From: Nibricoccus sp.
GTDB lineage: Bacteria > Verrucomicrobiota > Verrucomicrobiia > Opitutales > Opitutaceae
Length of the DNA stretch: 64,000 nucleotides
Assembly: GCA_047602425.1 (NCBI GenBank)
Contig: JASGHG010000001.1
Location: 1,696,001-1,760,000 of the forward strand
Direction: 5' to 3'
Part shown: one piece after another, positions 29,705 through 39,518 of the stretch
Layout of the letters: every line of letters starts with the position of its first letter
Numbering within the stretch: the stretch's first letter is position 1
Notes under the pieces: generated by a model
Databases searched by the model: none
What the model saw: the letters and a program-made list of their open reading frames with translations, nothing else
What the model was told of the DNA's origin: nothing
Program-made: the position numbers and the translations under genes

Positions 29705-30811
29705 ATGAAAAATATCCTCGTTTTAACCCTGCTCTTTTTAGCTCCGTTTGTTGGTTTATGTCAAAAACCCACACCGGAGGACGAAAAAGCCCTTCTCGAA
29801 ACCGAATACGCCTGGTGCCAGGCATACCTGAAAGCGGATACCGCCGCGCTGGCGGACATCGAGCTCGACGGTTACACCTTGATCGAGCCTAACGGCAGCA
29901 CGACCACCAAAGCCCAGGAAATCGAAGACCTAAAATCCGGTGCCATCCGCTTTCTCGCGCTGAGTTCGCACGAACTCTCCGTGCGCGTCTATGGTGATAC
30001 CGGTATCGTGACGGGCCGCACTGTATTGAAAGCCATCGAGGACAACGAACCCCACGATGGCATTTTTCAATTCACCGACACTTTCGTCCGCAAGGATGGA
30101 CGCTGGCGCGTCGCCGCCGAACAGGTCACTCGGCTCGCTTCCACCGCTTCGTATTCGACCGAACCAATGCCCAGAGAGGGCGGCTGGGTAAAGCGCCACG
30201 AAGGATTCGTGGAGATCGCAAAAAAAGGCGGCATCGATGTACTCTTTCTTGGCGACTCGATCACCGACAACTGGCGCAAATCCGACTACGGCTTGTCCGT
30301 CTGGGAGAAAAACTTCGCCCCGCTCCGCGCCGCCAACTTCGGCATCAGCGGCGATCGCACGCAACATGTTCTCTGGCGCATGCAGAACGGCGAACTCACC
30401 GGTTACAAACCCCGCGCGGTCGTCCTCATGATCGGCACCAACAACACCGGCTTCGAACGCGACAAACTCACTCCACGCAATAGCACGGAGGAGGTCGTCG
30501 AAGGCGTAACCGCCATTGTCAAAGGGCTGACAACCCAGTGGCCTGAGACAAAAATCCTTTTCCTGGCCATCTTTCCTCGCGGCGAAAAATCCGACGATCT
30601 CGCCCGCCTGCAGGTCAACGATGTCAATCGCGCCCTTGCCAAGCTGCATGACGGAAAGCGCGTCTTTTTCCTCGATATCGGTTCCAAGTTTCTTGCTGCG
30701 GACGGAACCCTGCCCAAGGAAATCATGCCGGACTTTCTTCATCCCTCGACCAAGGGCTACGAAATCTGGGCCGAGGCCATCAAGCAACCTCTCGCCGAGC
30801 TGCTTAAATAA
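29705..30811 (+). CDS. NTF2-like (DUF4440) + SGNH/GDSL esterase fusion, exported
   Basis: VRVYGDTGIVTG...FTDTFVRKDGRWR, then FLGDSIT, FGISGD, IGTNN, DFLHP. Confidence 0.88.
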   Translation: MKNILVLTLLFLAPFVGLCQKPTPEDEKALLETEYAWCQAYLKADTAALADIELDGYTLIEPNGSTTTKAQEIEDLKSGAIRFLALSSHELSVRVYGDTGIVTGRTVLKAIEDNEPHDGIFQFTDTFVRKDGRWRVAAEQVTRLASTASYSTEPMPREGGWVKRHEGFVEIAKKGGIDVLFLGDSITDNWRKSDYGLSVWEKNFAPLRAANFGISGDRTQHVLWRMQNGELTGYKPRAVVLMIGTNNTGFERDKLTPRNSTEEVVEGVTAIVKGLTTQWPETKILFLAIFPRGEKSDDLARLQVNDVNRALAKLHDGKRVFFLDIGSKFLAADGTLPKEIMPDFLHPSTKGYEIWAEAIKQPLAELLK

Positions 30812-31170
30812 CCGTCCGCAAGAACCATTCTGTCGATCAAGGGCCTTATAGGCAGCCGTTTCAACGTTCAGTCGCGCCTTGGAAGAGCGCGGCTGAACGT
30901 GTTCTGCCTCAGTCAGCGCCCCGTAAAGATGGGGCGTCATCGACGAAATCGCCTCAGCTCTTCTTCTCCGCTTTGGCGAGTTTGTCGGTTTTTGCCGGTT
31001 TATCCTTCGGGTGTTTGAGCGGGATAACCGCCAACCCTTCCTAGCCAATCCCGCCAAGACGTGTCAATCCGTTGGCGAAATCATCGCTATCTCCAAAATA
31101 CCGTCGTCAATGCAGGGCAATGCTCGAAATTGTACGTAACGGCCGGGCTGACTGTAATCCCCGGATGGTT

Positions 31171-31183
31171 GCACAACGATGTG
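31171..31183. promoter_or_regulatory. Candidate LacI-type operator upstream of the GH2 gene
   Basis: GCACAACGATGTG, an imperfect palindrome centred on CG; 12/13 identical to 14150-14162. Confidence 0.4.
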
Positions 31184-31354
31184 ACCAACGAGTGGCTCGG
31201 CTTGCCGTCACTGGACACCACTCTGTGCGTCTGTAACCCCGTCGCTTGCAAACGCCAGTATTCCCCAGATCCCTCCATTCTCTGCGATACCCGAGTGCCG
31301 TCTTCGTCGTCCTTTAAGCGCAGGTCTTCAACCCCAGCAAAAAAAGCGTTCTCT

Positions 31355-34300
31355 ATGATTCCCCTCTTTTTCGGCCTCCGCCGAGCCATTCCTTTCTGGA
31401 GCTTCACTGCGGTTCTTTTTTTCGCCAGCGCGTTTTTCTCATTCGCTGCGGGCCGAAACGAACTCGATCTTTCCGGACCAGGCTGGAGCTTGTGGCTCGA
31501 CCGCGAGGCCAACTGGCAGAGCGACCAGCTGTTTTTTCCCGTCCCAGCGATCAATACCTTGCCGGTCAATCCACCCACTGGCGGTTGGGATGCACTATCG
31601 GCGGCGAAAGCCGTGCCCGTGTCGGTGCCCGGCACAGTGGAAGAATATCTTCAAAAAACTCCCGGCCCTGACGGGGACATTGTTGGCGTTAGCTGGTGGT
31701 TTCGTAAATTCGACGTGCCGGTCCGCTTCCGGACCGCGTCGCGTCTTGCTCCGTTTCGAATCCATGCGCCAACGCGCCGAGATCTTCGTGAATCGCCAAC
31801 TCGTCGGCTACGACGTCGTTGGACACAGTCCCATGGAGGTGGATATTTCCTCGGTGGTGCAATCGGGACAAACCTGCGAACTGGCCGTGCGCATCACCGA
31901 CCCGGCGGGCAACTTCGATTGGCGCGATTCCTCGCCGATGAACTGGGGCAATTACGCTTTACCGATGAGCCATGGTTTCGGTGGCATCACCGGCCGCGTG
32001 CGTCTCGTCGTATGTGACTCTGTTTATATCGACGACCTCCAAGTGCAGAACACGCCGGAATTCACCACCGCCAATGCGATCGTCACTATCCGCAATCAAA
32101 CCGCCTCCACCCAACAGCGCGACGTGGAACTGCGCGTTTTCGCACGCAATGAACCCGGCAAGCAAGTCTTCCAGACCGTCCTAAAGAAAGTGGATCTCTC
32201 CCCAGGAATAACCGTACTCCCGATAAAAATCGCCGCACCGTCTGCCCAATTGTGGGACGTCGACAATCCCAATCTCTACGTTTGTGAAGCTACTCTTCGC
32301 ATCAATAGCACCGCCGCCGATTCCGACCGGCGGATCTTCGGTTTTCGCTGGTTTGCGGCGGAGAATATCGGCACCGATGCGATTTTCCGACTAAACGGCA
32401 AACGCATCGTGCTGCGCTCCGCCATCAGCTGGGGCTTCTGGCCGGTGAATGGAATTTTCCCGACGGAGCAACTCGCCGAAAAACAAATCCGCGTCGCGAA
32501 AGCCTTCGGTTTGAACATGCTGAATTTTCATCGCGCAATCGGAAATCCCATCGTACTCGAAAAGGCTGACGAACTGGGCCTGCTCTACTTCGAAGAGCCC
32601 GGTGCTTACAAATCCGTCGGAGACGATCCATTCGGACATCAGCTCGCGCGCGAAAAATTCCTCCGCATGGTCCGTCGCGACCGCAGCCATCCTTCGCTCG
32701 TCATTTACAATCTGATCAACGAGTGGAATTCGCGAAATCCCAATCCCGATCCAGTCGAAATCGCCAGGCATCGCGACGATATGCAGGCCGCCCATCAGCT
32801 CGATCCAAGCCGCATCGTCGTTCACACTTCGGCTTGGGCGCGAGGCAAGGACATCGATGATCCCGCGAAATTGCATTTCCGTCCGTTCGACAATACGCCC
32901 CACTTGAGCGGCTGGTATGACTTTCACCATGCGGGTGGCCCGGCGGTCTGGAACGAAACCATGTACCGCAATCCCACCGATTTTTACGGCCTGACCGACA
33001 ACACTCGCGAAATCGTTTTTTGGGGTGAAGAAGGCGCGCTCTCGACTCCGCCCCGACTCGAATTGATCAACGCCGCCCTCGTCGCGGCGCCCCACCTTGG
33101 CTGGGATGGCGCTGGCTACCGCGACTGGTTCGTCCAGTTTGATACTTTTCTCACCAAGAAAAATCTGCGGACGGCGTTTCCCACCGTGGATGCGCTTACC
33201 TCGTCGATGGGCGACATTTCACTTTATCATCAGGGCCGGAGAATCGAAAACATGCGCATGTCGAACGTCGCCGATGGCTACGCGATCAACGGTTGGGAAG
33301 CCGAGCTCATCGAAAATCATTCCGGCGTGGTCGATTGCTTCCGCAATCCCAAGGGCGATCCCGCCATCCTCGCGCATTACAATCAGCCTCTTTATGTCGC
33401 GGTCAAAATTCGCAATACCATCGTGCAACCGCGCGCCACCGTCATCGCGGATTTTTTTGCCATTAACGAAAAGAATTTGAATGGTCCTCACCGCCTCCTC
33501 GTTTCTCTACGCGATCAACAAGGGCGCGAAGTGGTTAAAACAGAGAAGGACGTTTCGTTGCGCGGCGGTGAGATTTATGGCGAATTGCTCGTCCAGGACA
33601 TCGGACTGACCCTGCCTGAGGGCATCACCGGAATGTGCCGGGTCGAAGCCAGTCTTCTCGATACCAGCGGAATCGAACGCGCCCGGGGTTGGGACAATGT
33701 CCTGGTTGTGGATTGGCGGGGCACGCCGGTCGCCGGCACGGGCGCTATCTGGGAAAATGGCGAGCAAGTGCGTGGTTTTTTGCAGAAGGAAAAAGCGCAA
33801 GATGCCCCGATGTTCGCGCGCGATCTTGGGCATCTCGATTGGATCGTTGCCGCACGCGGCCCTTCCGAAGCAGAACCCGTCGCGATCCCAGCCTCCGACT
33901 GGCGCCAGCCCAATGGCAAACCGGGCGTGCAGGTGACATTTTTCGCCGAGCGCGGTTTCCAACGACCAGTGCACCAGCGTGTCGATCCCACCGTGGCGCT
34001 TGCGGTCAACGACGGTGCTTCGCCCGATCCCGCGTTGCCCGTGATGAATAATTTCGGCGTGCGCTGGGAAGGCACGCTCACGCCGAAGCAGGATGGACGT
34101 TATATTTTCTCCGTGCGTACCAATGGACGCGCCCGGCTCACCGTAAACGACAAAGTCGTCTTCGGCTTTCAAGAGGGACGCCAGCCGCAAAAGAGCAAGG
34201 GAGAGATCGAGCTGCGCGCCGGCGCGTCAGCGACCGTTCGCCTGGAATTCCTGGCGAGAGGTGGTTCGGCTCAAATTGACTTTGGCTGGGCTCCACCCGA

Positions 34301-34808
34301 AAAAGACCCGTTGATCGCCTCCGATATACTTGAGCGTGTCCGGCGCGACGGTACTTCACTTGTGGTCCTCGAACGGGCCGATGCTTGGCTAGCGCTTATC
34401 GCCAAGGAGCCAAATTCTCCCGTCAAATACGATGATTCCTTCGCCGTTGGCACTGCGTGGCTCGGAGGAAATCATTTTGCCCGCGAGCATCCTTTGCTAC
34501 GCGACCTGCCGGCCAACTGCGCGATGGACTGGCCTTATCAAAACGTCGTTCGCAATGGCAACGACCGCCTTGGGCTGCTCGTCGAAGGCGAGGAATTTGT
34601 CGCCGGTTGTTATCACTCCTACCCGATGCAACTCGGAACCTCCGTGGGCGTCGTTTCGCTCGGCACGGGACATATCATTTTCTCCACCCTCGACATCACT
34701 TCCAATCTCCGCGCACCTGTCGGCCCGGCCGATGTGGCGCGAAAACTATTCTGCAATTATCTGGAGTACGCAGCAGGACTTTCGCGCAGCCCATTCACCT
34801 CGAAATGA
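31355..34808 (+). pseudogene. Exported GH2 glycoside hydrolase with PA14 domain, frameshifted near 31721
   Basis: Signal peptide, DLSGPGW, VSVPG and GVSWWFRKF in one frame. RVLLRFES...FGFRWF...RDRSHPS..INE...WGEEG and PA14 (FGVRWEGTL...YIFSVRTNGRARLTVN) in the +1 frame; junction gtg ccg G tcc gct. Confidence 0.82.
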
Positions 34809-34836
34809 AGCCACGCTGCGCGCAACCTTGGGCAGT

Positions 34837-35349
34837 TCAGCTCAACGTCACCAAACCAGCCGCCAGATACTCAGCCTGCCAGTCATCGACCTGTTTTTTG
34901 AACTTCGGATAATCCGTCCAAAAAGTCTGCTCGCAGCCCGCGAGACGCTTGCACTGGAGGCAACTTTCCAGCCCTCGTTCGATCGTACATTTACGGACCA
35001 AACAGGGCGCCTTGAACATGCTCAGCGGTTTATCGCCCGGTTTGCAGCCATAACAAAACACCTGCGCTTCATCGAACTCGACGCCGAACTTCTCCTTCCA
35101 CTTCCGCTTCTCGAAAACCTCGCGCTTTTTCGCGACGTTGTTCTGCGCCGTCGCCTTGAAGAGCTGGCAACTCATGTCGCACATCGCCCCGCAATAACCG
35201 CGGGCCGAAAGTGGCGGCAATGTCTTTGCTGGCGCGCCAGGCCTGGCTTCTTCGCCCCGCAATGCACCCGCCACGCCGACGCAGCCGCACAATGCGCAAA
35301 ATTGCCCCCCTCGAATGAGAAATTCCCGACGCGAAGACTGGAGTTGCAT
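34837..35349 (-). CDS. Tat-exported Cys-rich DUF3795-like protein
   Basis: SRREFL twin-arginine signal; YCGAMCDMSC, CYGCK, CLVRKC...ESCLQCKRLAGC. Confidence 0.8.
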   Translation of the reverse strand: MQLQSSRREFLIRGGQFCALCGCVGVAGALRGEEARPGAPAKTLPPLSARGYCGAMCDMSCQLFKATAQNNVAKKREVFEKRKWKEKFGVEFDEAQVFCYGCKPGDKPLSMFKAPCLVRKCTIERGLESCLQCKRLAGCEQTFWTDYPKFKKQVDDWQAEYLAAGLVTLS

Positions 35350-35498
35350 ATGAATATTAACACCGACCCCATCCGCACCCCTGCAAAAAATAACGACAGC
35401 CTTTGCCGTATAGCCGAGACGTTGTTTGATTGCGAAAGAACCCGCAAAAGATACTTCATATGGACGAAATCGGATTTCGCCGATTCTCTCGTCCAGCC

Positions 35499-35876
35499 AT
35501 GCCTCGCACGCCAAACTTTGAAGTCACCGTCAACACCGCCGCCAATCAGGTGCGCATCCATCTGAGCGGTGACATCGATGCGTCCTCGATGAAAGCCTGC
35601 GTGGACGAAGTGGCCCGACTCGGCGCGACAGTCTCCCAAGGTTTCAAAGTCCTAACCGATCTCGGTGGCATAAAATCCATGGATGCCAGCTGCGTTCCCG
35701 AAGTGGAGAGATTGATGGACCTCTGCCGTGACCAAGGCGTCGACACGATCGTGCGCGTGATTCCTAAACGATCCAAGGAGATCGGCTTCAATATTCTTTC
35801 GCTATTTCACTATCCGAAAAGCGTCAAAATCGTCACCTGCAACACCCTCGCCGAAGCCGAACGGGCGTTGGGCTGA
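35499..35876 (+). CDS. STAS/SpoIIAA-like small protein
   Basis: IHLSGDID...VLTDL...IVRV...TLAEAERAL pattern. Confidence 0.7.
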   Translation: MPRTPNFEVTVNTAANQVRIHLSGDIDASSMKACVDEVARLGATVSQGFKVLTDLGGIKSMDASCVPEVERLMDLCRDQGVDTIVRVIPKRSKEIGFNILSLFHYPKSVKIVTCNTLAEAERALG

Positions 35877-35887
35877 GCGTTATTGAG

Positions 35888-36289
35888 TCACGAATTGGGA
35901 ACCAACGTGAGCAAGAGTTGATCCACCTCGGGAAGCAAATTGCCGACGTCATAACGCGAAAAACGATCCGCTCCGCCAGCATACAAGTTGAGTAAACTTG
36001 ATCGCTCGGTTGTCGTTCCTTTCGGCGCATGAGCAACCGCATAAGATAAATCACACACAACCTCCAACAACATTAGTCCTGCGGCGATCGCCCAGCGTTT
36101 GCTGCCCTTTAGCCAAGCTGTGTGCGCGACGAACGGCAGAATTGCCATGGCGAGCGCAGTGATCGCAAAAATACGTCCAGGATGGGTGACCGCTACAAAC
36201 AAGAGGAGTACCGAAAGCAGCCCAATACCGATAGCCCATACCAGGCAGATCAGGCGGAGCAGATATGAAGCGGTTGAGTCTTTGTCCAA
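35888..36289 (-). CDS. Small three-TM membrane protein, possibly a truncated gene
   Basis: TTG start 2 nt after the upstream stop; three hydrophobic segments, then an abrupt end after GNLLPEVDQLLL. Confidence 0.5.
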   Translation of the reverse strand: MDKDSTASYLLRLICLVWAIGIGLLSVLLLFVAVTHPGRIFAITALAMAILPFVAHTAWLKGSKRWAIAAGLMLLEVVCDLSYAVAHAPKGTTTERSSLLNLYAGGADRFSRYDVGNLLPEVDQLLLTLVPNS

Positions 36290-36291
36290 TG

Positions 36292-38034
36292 TCAGGGCGC
36301 TGTCTGCACTTTGTTTTGTTTTTCGATCTGTTTCTTTAAATTAGTTTCGGATTTATCGAGGAAGCGGTGGTAGCCTTCGGGATCGACAAATGGGTTAGCG
36401 TTCGGCGTTTTCGCCCGCGCGTCCATCTTGTTGCTGAGTCCAAAATCCCAGCCGTGCGATGACAGGAAAATATCGCAAGGCAGGGCTCGCAGCTTCTCGA
36501 AGCTGGTTCGGTAATCATTTAGGATTGTCGGATATTCGACATTCCCGATCAATTTGTACTCGGGCGCTGTCATGCTCGCGGCAATCACCACGCGATATTC
36601 GCGTTCGTTGACCCGCACCGTCGTCGTCCAAGATGTGGAGCCTTTGGTGTGGCCGGGCGTGAAATGCGCCGTCAGCTCGACTCCGCCCAGCTTCACCACC
36701 TCACCATCGCGCAACTCGCCGTCGGGCAGCTCCGGCGCGAAGGGGTATTTGTCGCCGAAGGCGAAGTCGCCTTTGCCGCCGCGGGCGAGCAGGTCGCGCT
36801 CGGCCGGGTTCACGAGCAGGCGCGCCTTAGTCCTAAATTTCAATTCGGCCATGCCGCCCACATGGTCGTAGTGGGCGTGCGAGATGAGCAGCACGCGGAT
36901 GTCCTCCAGGCGAAAACCGAGTTTTTTCATGTTCGCCTCGATGTGCGTCACCGTCTCGGCAAAACCGCTATCGATGAGAATATGCCCGTCAGGCGTCGCG
37001 ATCAGATACGACGCCACACCCGATGCGCCGACGTAGTATAGGTTTCCCGCAATGCAGAACGGCTCGACCGAGCGGTTCCACGCAGCCACGGCGGGGGTGT
37101 GCCCGTCGGTGCCTCTCATTGCATGGTTCGCGTCGCCAACCCGGTCTTCATCCTTCGCCTCCGCTCCGGATATAGATGTTTTTACTGGTTCGTTTTTAGG
37201 AAGAACAACATCGAGTTCGTACGTCCCGTCGGCTCTGAGCATGAGCGTGGAGCCCTCGCCTGCGAGCCGCCCAACCACATCGTCGCTCTCGGGCGCCTTC
37301 TCAGCCTCGATGATCTCCACAACACGGTTTTCCCGCTCGATCAGCACGAGGTGTTTTTTCGTCCACTCGATCACGGTCACACGGCGGTGCACTCGGATGG
37401 GAACCTGCTTTGTCTTCACCGGCTCGTTCGGGTCCTTTTTCTTTTTGCGCGACTTTACCTCCACGGTCCTGAAGCCTGCGATGCGCTCCGAGTCAAAATA
37501 TGTTCTAACACTAACTTGAAGCGATTTTGGCCCACTACAGCGCACCCCCCAATAATCGCCCTCAAACGCCTCCTCCCGAATCCATGTCTTGTTCGACTTC
37601 ACATCGAGTTCGACCGTGCGCTGTTTCCTCGTGGCAACGTTCTTAAGCTGGAGCTGCACCTTCTCGCCACGCTCGGTGTTGTAGAAATGTTTTTTTAAAT
37701 CTCGTGTCCACAATTCGGTGACGGGCACGCCATCCACCGCGAGAACCTCGTCGCCGAGTTGCACCCCGGCTTTGTGGGCGGGCGATCCAGCCGCCACCAT
37801 CGTGACGTACATATGCTTGGCGGGTGCACCGAGATGAATCAAAGGACTGCCGAAGTACTGGAGAGAAATTCCCCAGTGCGCGAAGGGATTTGTTTTCACC
37901 TCCATCGGATCGAGCTTGTGCGTCTGCTCCGTGACAGGAGTTTGCGCGTCCTTGGCTTTGTCTTTGGCGAAGGCGCCGGAAACAAGATACGGTGCAACGA
38001 CGAGAGCGAAGAGGAGAAGGAGGCGTTGATTCAT
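36292..38034 (-). CDS. Exported PDZ-domain + subclass B3 metallo-beta-lactamase fusion protein
   Basis: N-terminal PDZ (VTMVAAGSPAHKAGVQLGDEVLAVDG); C-terminal WN..EPF.IAGNLYYVG, ILIDSG, HAHYDH, TPGHTKG, LSSH, NPFVDP. Confidence 0.85.
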   Translation of the reverse strand: MNQRLLLLFALVVAPYLVSGAFAKDKAKDAQTPVTEQTHKLDPMEVKTNPFAHWGISLQYFGSPLIHLGAPAKHMYVTMVAAGSPAHKAGVQLGDEVLAVDGVPVTELWTRDLKKHFYNTERGEKVQLQLKNVATRKQRTVELDVKSNKTWIREEAFEGDYWGVRCSGPKSLQVSVRTYFDSERIAGFRTVEVKSRKKKKDPNEPVKTKQVPIRVHRRVTVIEWTKKHLVLIERENRVVEIIEAEKAPESDDVVGRLAGEGSTLMLRADGTYELDVVLPKNEPVKTSISGAEAKDEDRVGDANHAMRGTDGHTPAVAAWNRSVEPFCIAGNLYYVGASGVASYLIATPDGHILIDSGFAETVTHIEANMKKLGFRLEDIRVLLISHAHYDHVGGMAELKFRTKARLLVNPAERDLLARGGKGDFAFGDKYPFAPELPDGELRDGEVVKLGGVELTAHFTPGHTKGSTSWTTTVRVNEREYRVVIAASMTAPEYKLIGNVEYPTILNDYRTSFEKLRALPCDIFLSSHGWDFGLSNKMDARAKTPNANPFVDPEGYHRFLDKSETNLKKQIEKQNKVQTAP

Positions 38035-38123
38035 GGAGGCTCGGTGCGAAATAGATTAAAACCCGTTCAAGTTATTATGCCCAAAAAGTTTCTCTACACC
38101 CACGGTCGCGTGCTCGGTAAAAG

Positions 38124-39386
38124 TCATTTGGCCCGACTGGTATTAAGAGGGAAAACGGTACTCCGGAGGTTGTCACCGCCCGCGCCATCCTTCGGATCGG
38201 TCGAAAACGCCTGACCACGGTTCAACAGGCCGATCCAGGCAGAACGCTGAGCATAGGCGTCGGCCCCTTCTTGCCCGAGTTTCGCCGCTGCTTCGTTTTT
38301 CGCCTGGGTGGCAAGCGCTGTGAGTTGCGCATTGCGCTGGGCCGACGTGAGCGAAGTGTCGGCGTTGATCATTTGCGACTGTTGCGCGTAAGTGTCGCGC
38401 ATGGCATAAACCTGCTCGACCGTCCCGGCCGGCAGACTGAGCCGGCTTTGCAGGGCATTCAACGCAAGTAAATCCGAATCGTTTTTCTTCCGGTAGGCGG
38501 CAAAGGCTTCCTCGCCCAAAATCGCAAGGCTCTCTTCATTGAGTTTTTTCTGGGCCTCGGCTCGACCAGGAATGTTCGCATTCGGACGCTGGCCTGGGTC
38601 GCGCCGCTGGGGATATTGTTCCTCGAAGGCTTTCTGTAGCGCATAGAGCTTCTTAAAGTCGCCCTCATTGCGGAGCAGATCGCCATATTGATTCCTCACG
38701 GCGTTCGCGGCGCTGGAGTTATAGAGTTCGTTAAGCTCGCGTTCCTCAGGGGTGAGCGCCGCAAGGATATCGCGCTCCTTCTCTTTCTGCAGGAGCTCCA
38801 TTTTGGCGCGGTCCGAGGCCAGCGAAATACCCTCCTGCTGCCGGCGGACTTCGGCGGTCATCTCCTCGTAATCGCGTTCGATGCGACGGATCTCGTCGCG
38901 CCTCGCTGGCGATAGGAAACGGTATCGGTTGTTGCCGAAGAAAAAACCGTCTTCTTCGTCACCGAAGGCTTTCATGACGGCATCGCGAAACTCTCGTTCA
39001 AGTTTGTTCAAGGCCGCCTGCTGATCGGCGGTGAAGCCTCCAAAACGGGAGCGCCCACTTTGCCAATATTTCTGTCCGTCGCCCGGCGTCGCAGCACGAA
39101 ATTCGCGCAATTGAGCCACTAGTTTCGTGAACAACCGGCTAAGGACAATCCCCTTGGCCTCGTCTTCGGAAAAACCCACGGCTTGCAACGCAGCCTCGTC
39201 GCCTGAAGCGAACGCGGCGGCAAGATCGGCGGGGATTTTCGAACTGGCCGACGAAACCCGTCGCACGGCGTTTTTGTTGCCGGTATTCGTTGTTTTCGAT
39301 TGAGTGGAAGAACCTGGCTTATAAAACAAGAGCACGGCATTGGCCGCGAGGGAAAGAACGAGCAGAAGCGGGAGGAGTTTTTTCAT
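38124..39386 (-). CDS. Exported/anchored all-alpha hypothetical protein (paralogue of 16409-17527)
   Basis: MKKLLPLLLVLSLAAN; ALTPEERELNELYNS, ILGEEAFAAY, KLGQEGADAY. Confidence 0.82.
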   Translation of the reverse strand: MKKLLPLLLVLSLAANAVLLFYKPGSSTQSKTTNTGNKNAVRRVSSASSKIPADLAAAFASGDEAALQAVGFSEDEAKGIVLSRLFTKLVAQLREFRAATPGDGQKYWQSGRSRFGGFTADQQAALNKLEREFRDAVMKAFGDEEDGFFFGNNRYRFLSPARRDEIRRIERDYEEMTAEVRRQQEGISLASDRAKMELLQKEKERDILAALTPEERELNELYNSSAANAVRNQYGDLLRNEGDFKKLYALQKAFEEQYPQRRDPGQRPNANIPGRAEAQKKLNEESLAILGEEAFAAYRKKNDSDLLALNALQSRLSLPAGTVEQVYAMRDTYAQQSQMINADTSLTSAQRNAQLTALATQAKNEAAAKLGQEGADAYAQRSAWIGLLNRGQAFSTDPKDGAGGDNLRSTVFPLNTSRAK

Positions 39387-39518
39387 GGATTGCCAATTGA
39401 GATCAAACTGAGCGAATTCGCGCACGTTGTAACCAAGAAAGGACGCAACCAAAGTTTCTCGCAGCATTTATCCCTTTCCAGTGTTATCGTGAGTACAACC
39501 CTGCCTCTAACCCCAGCC

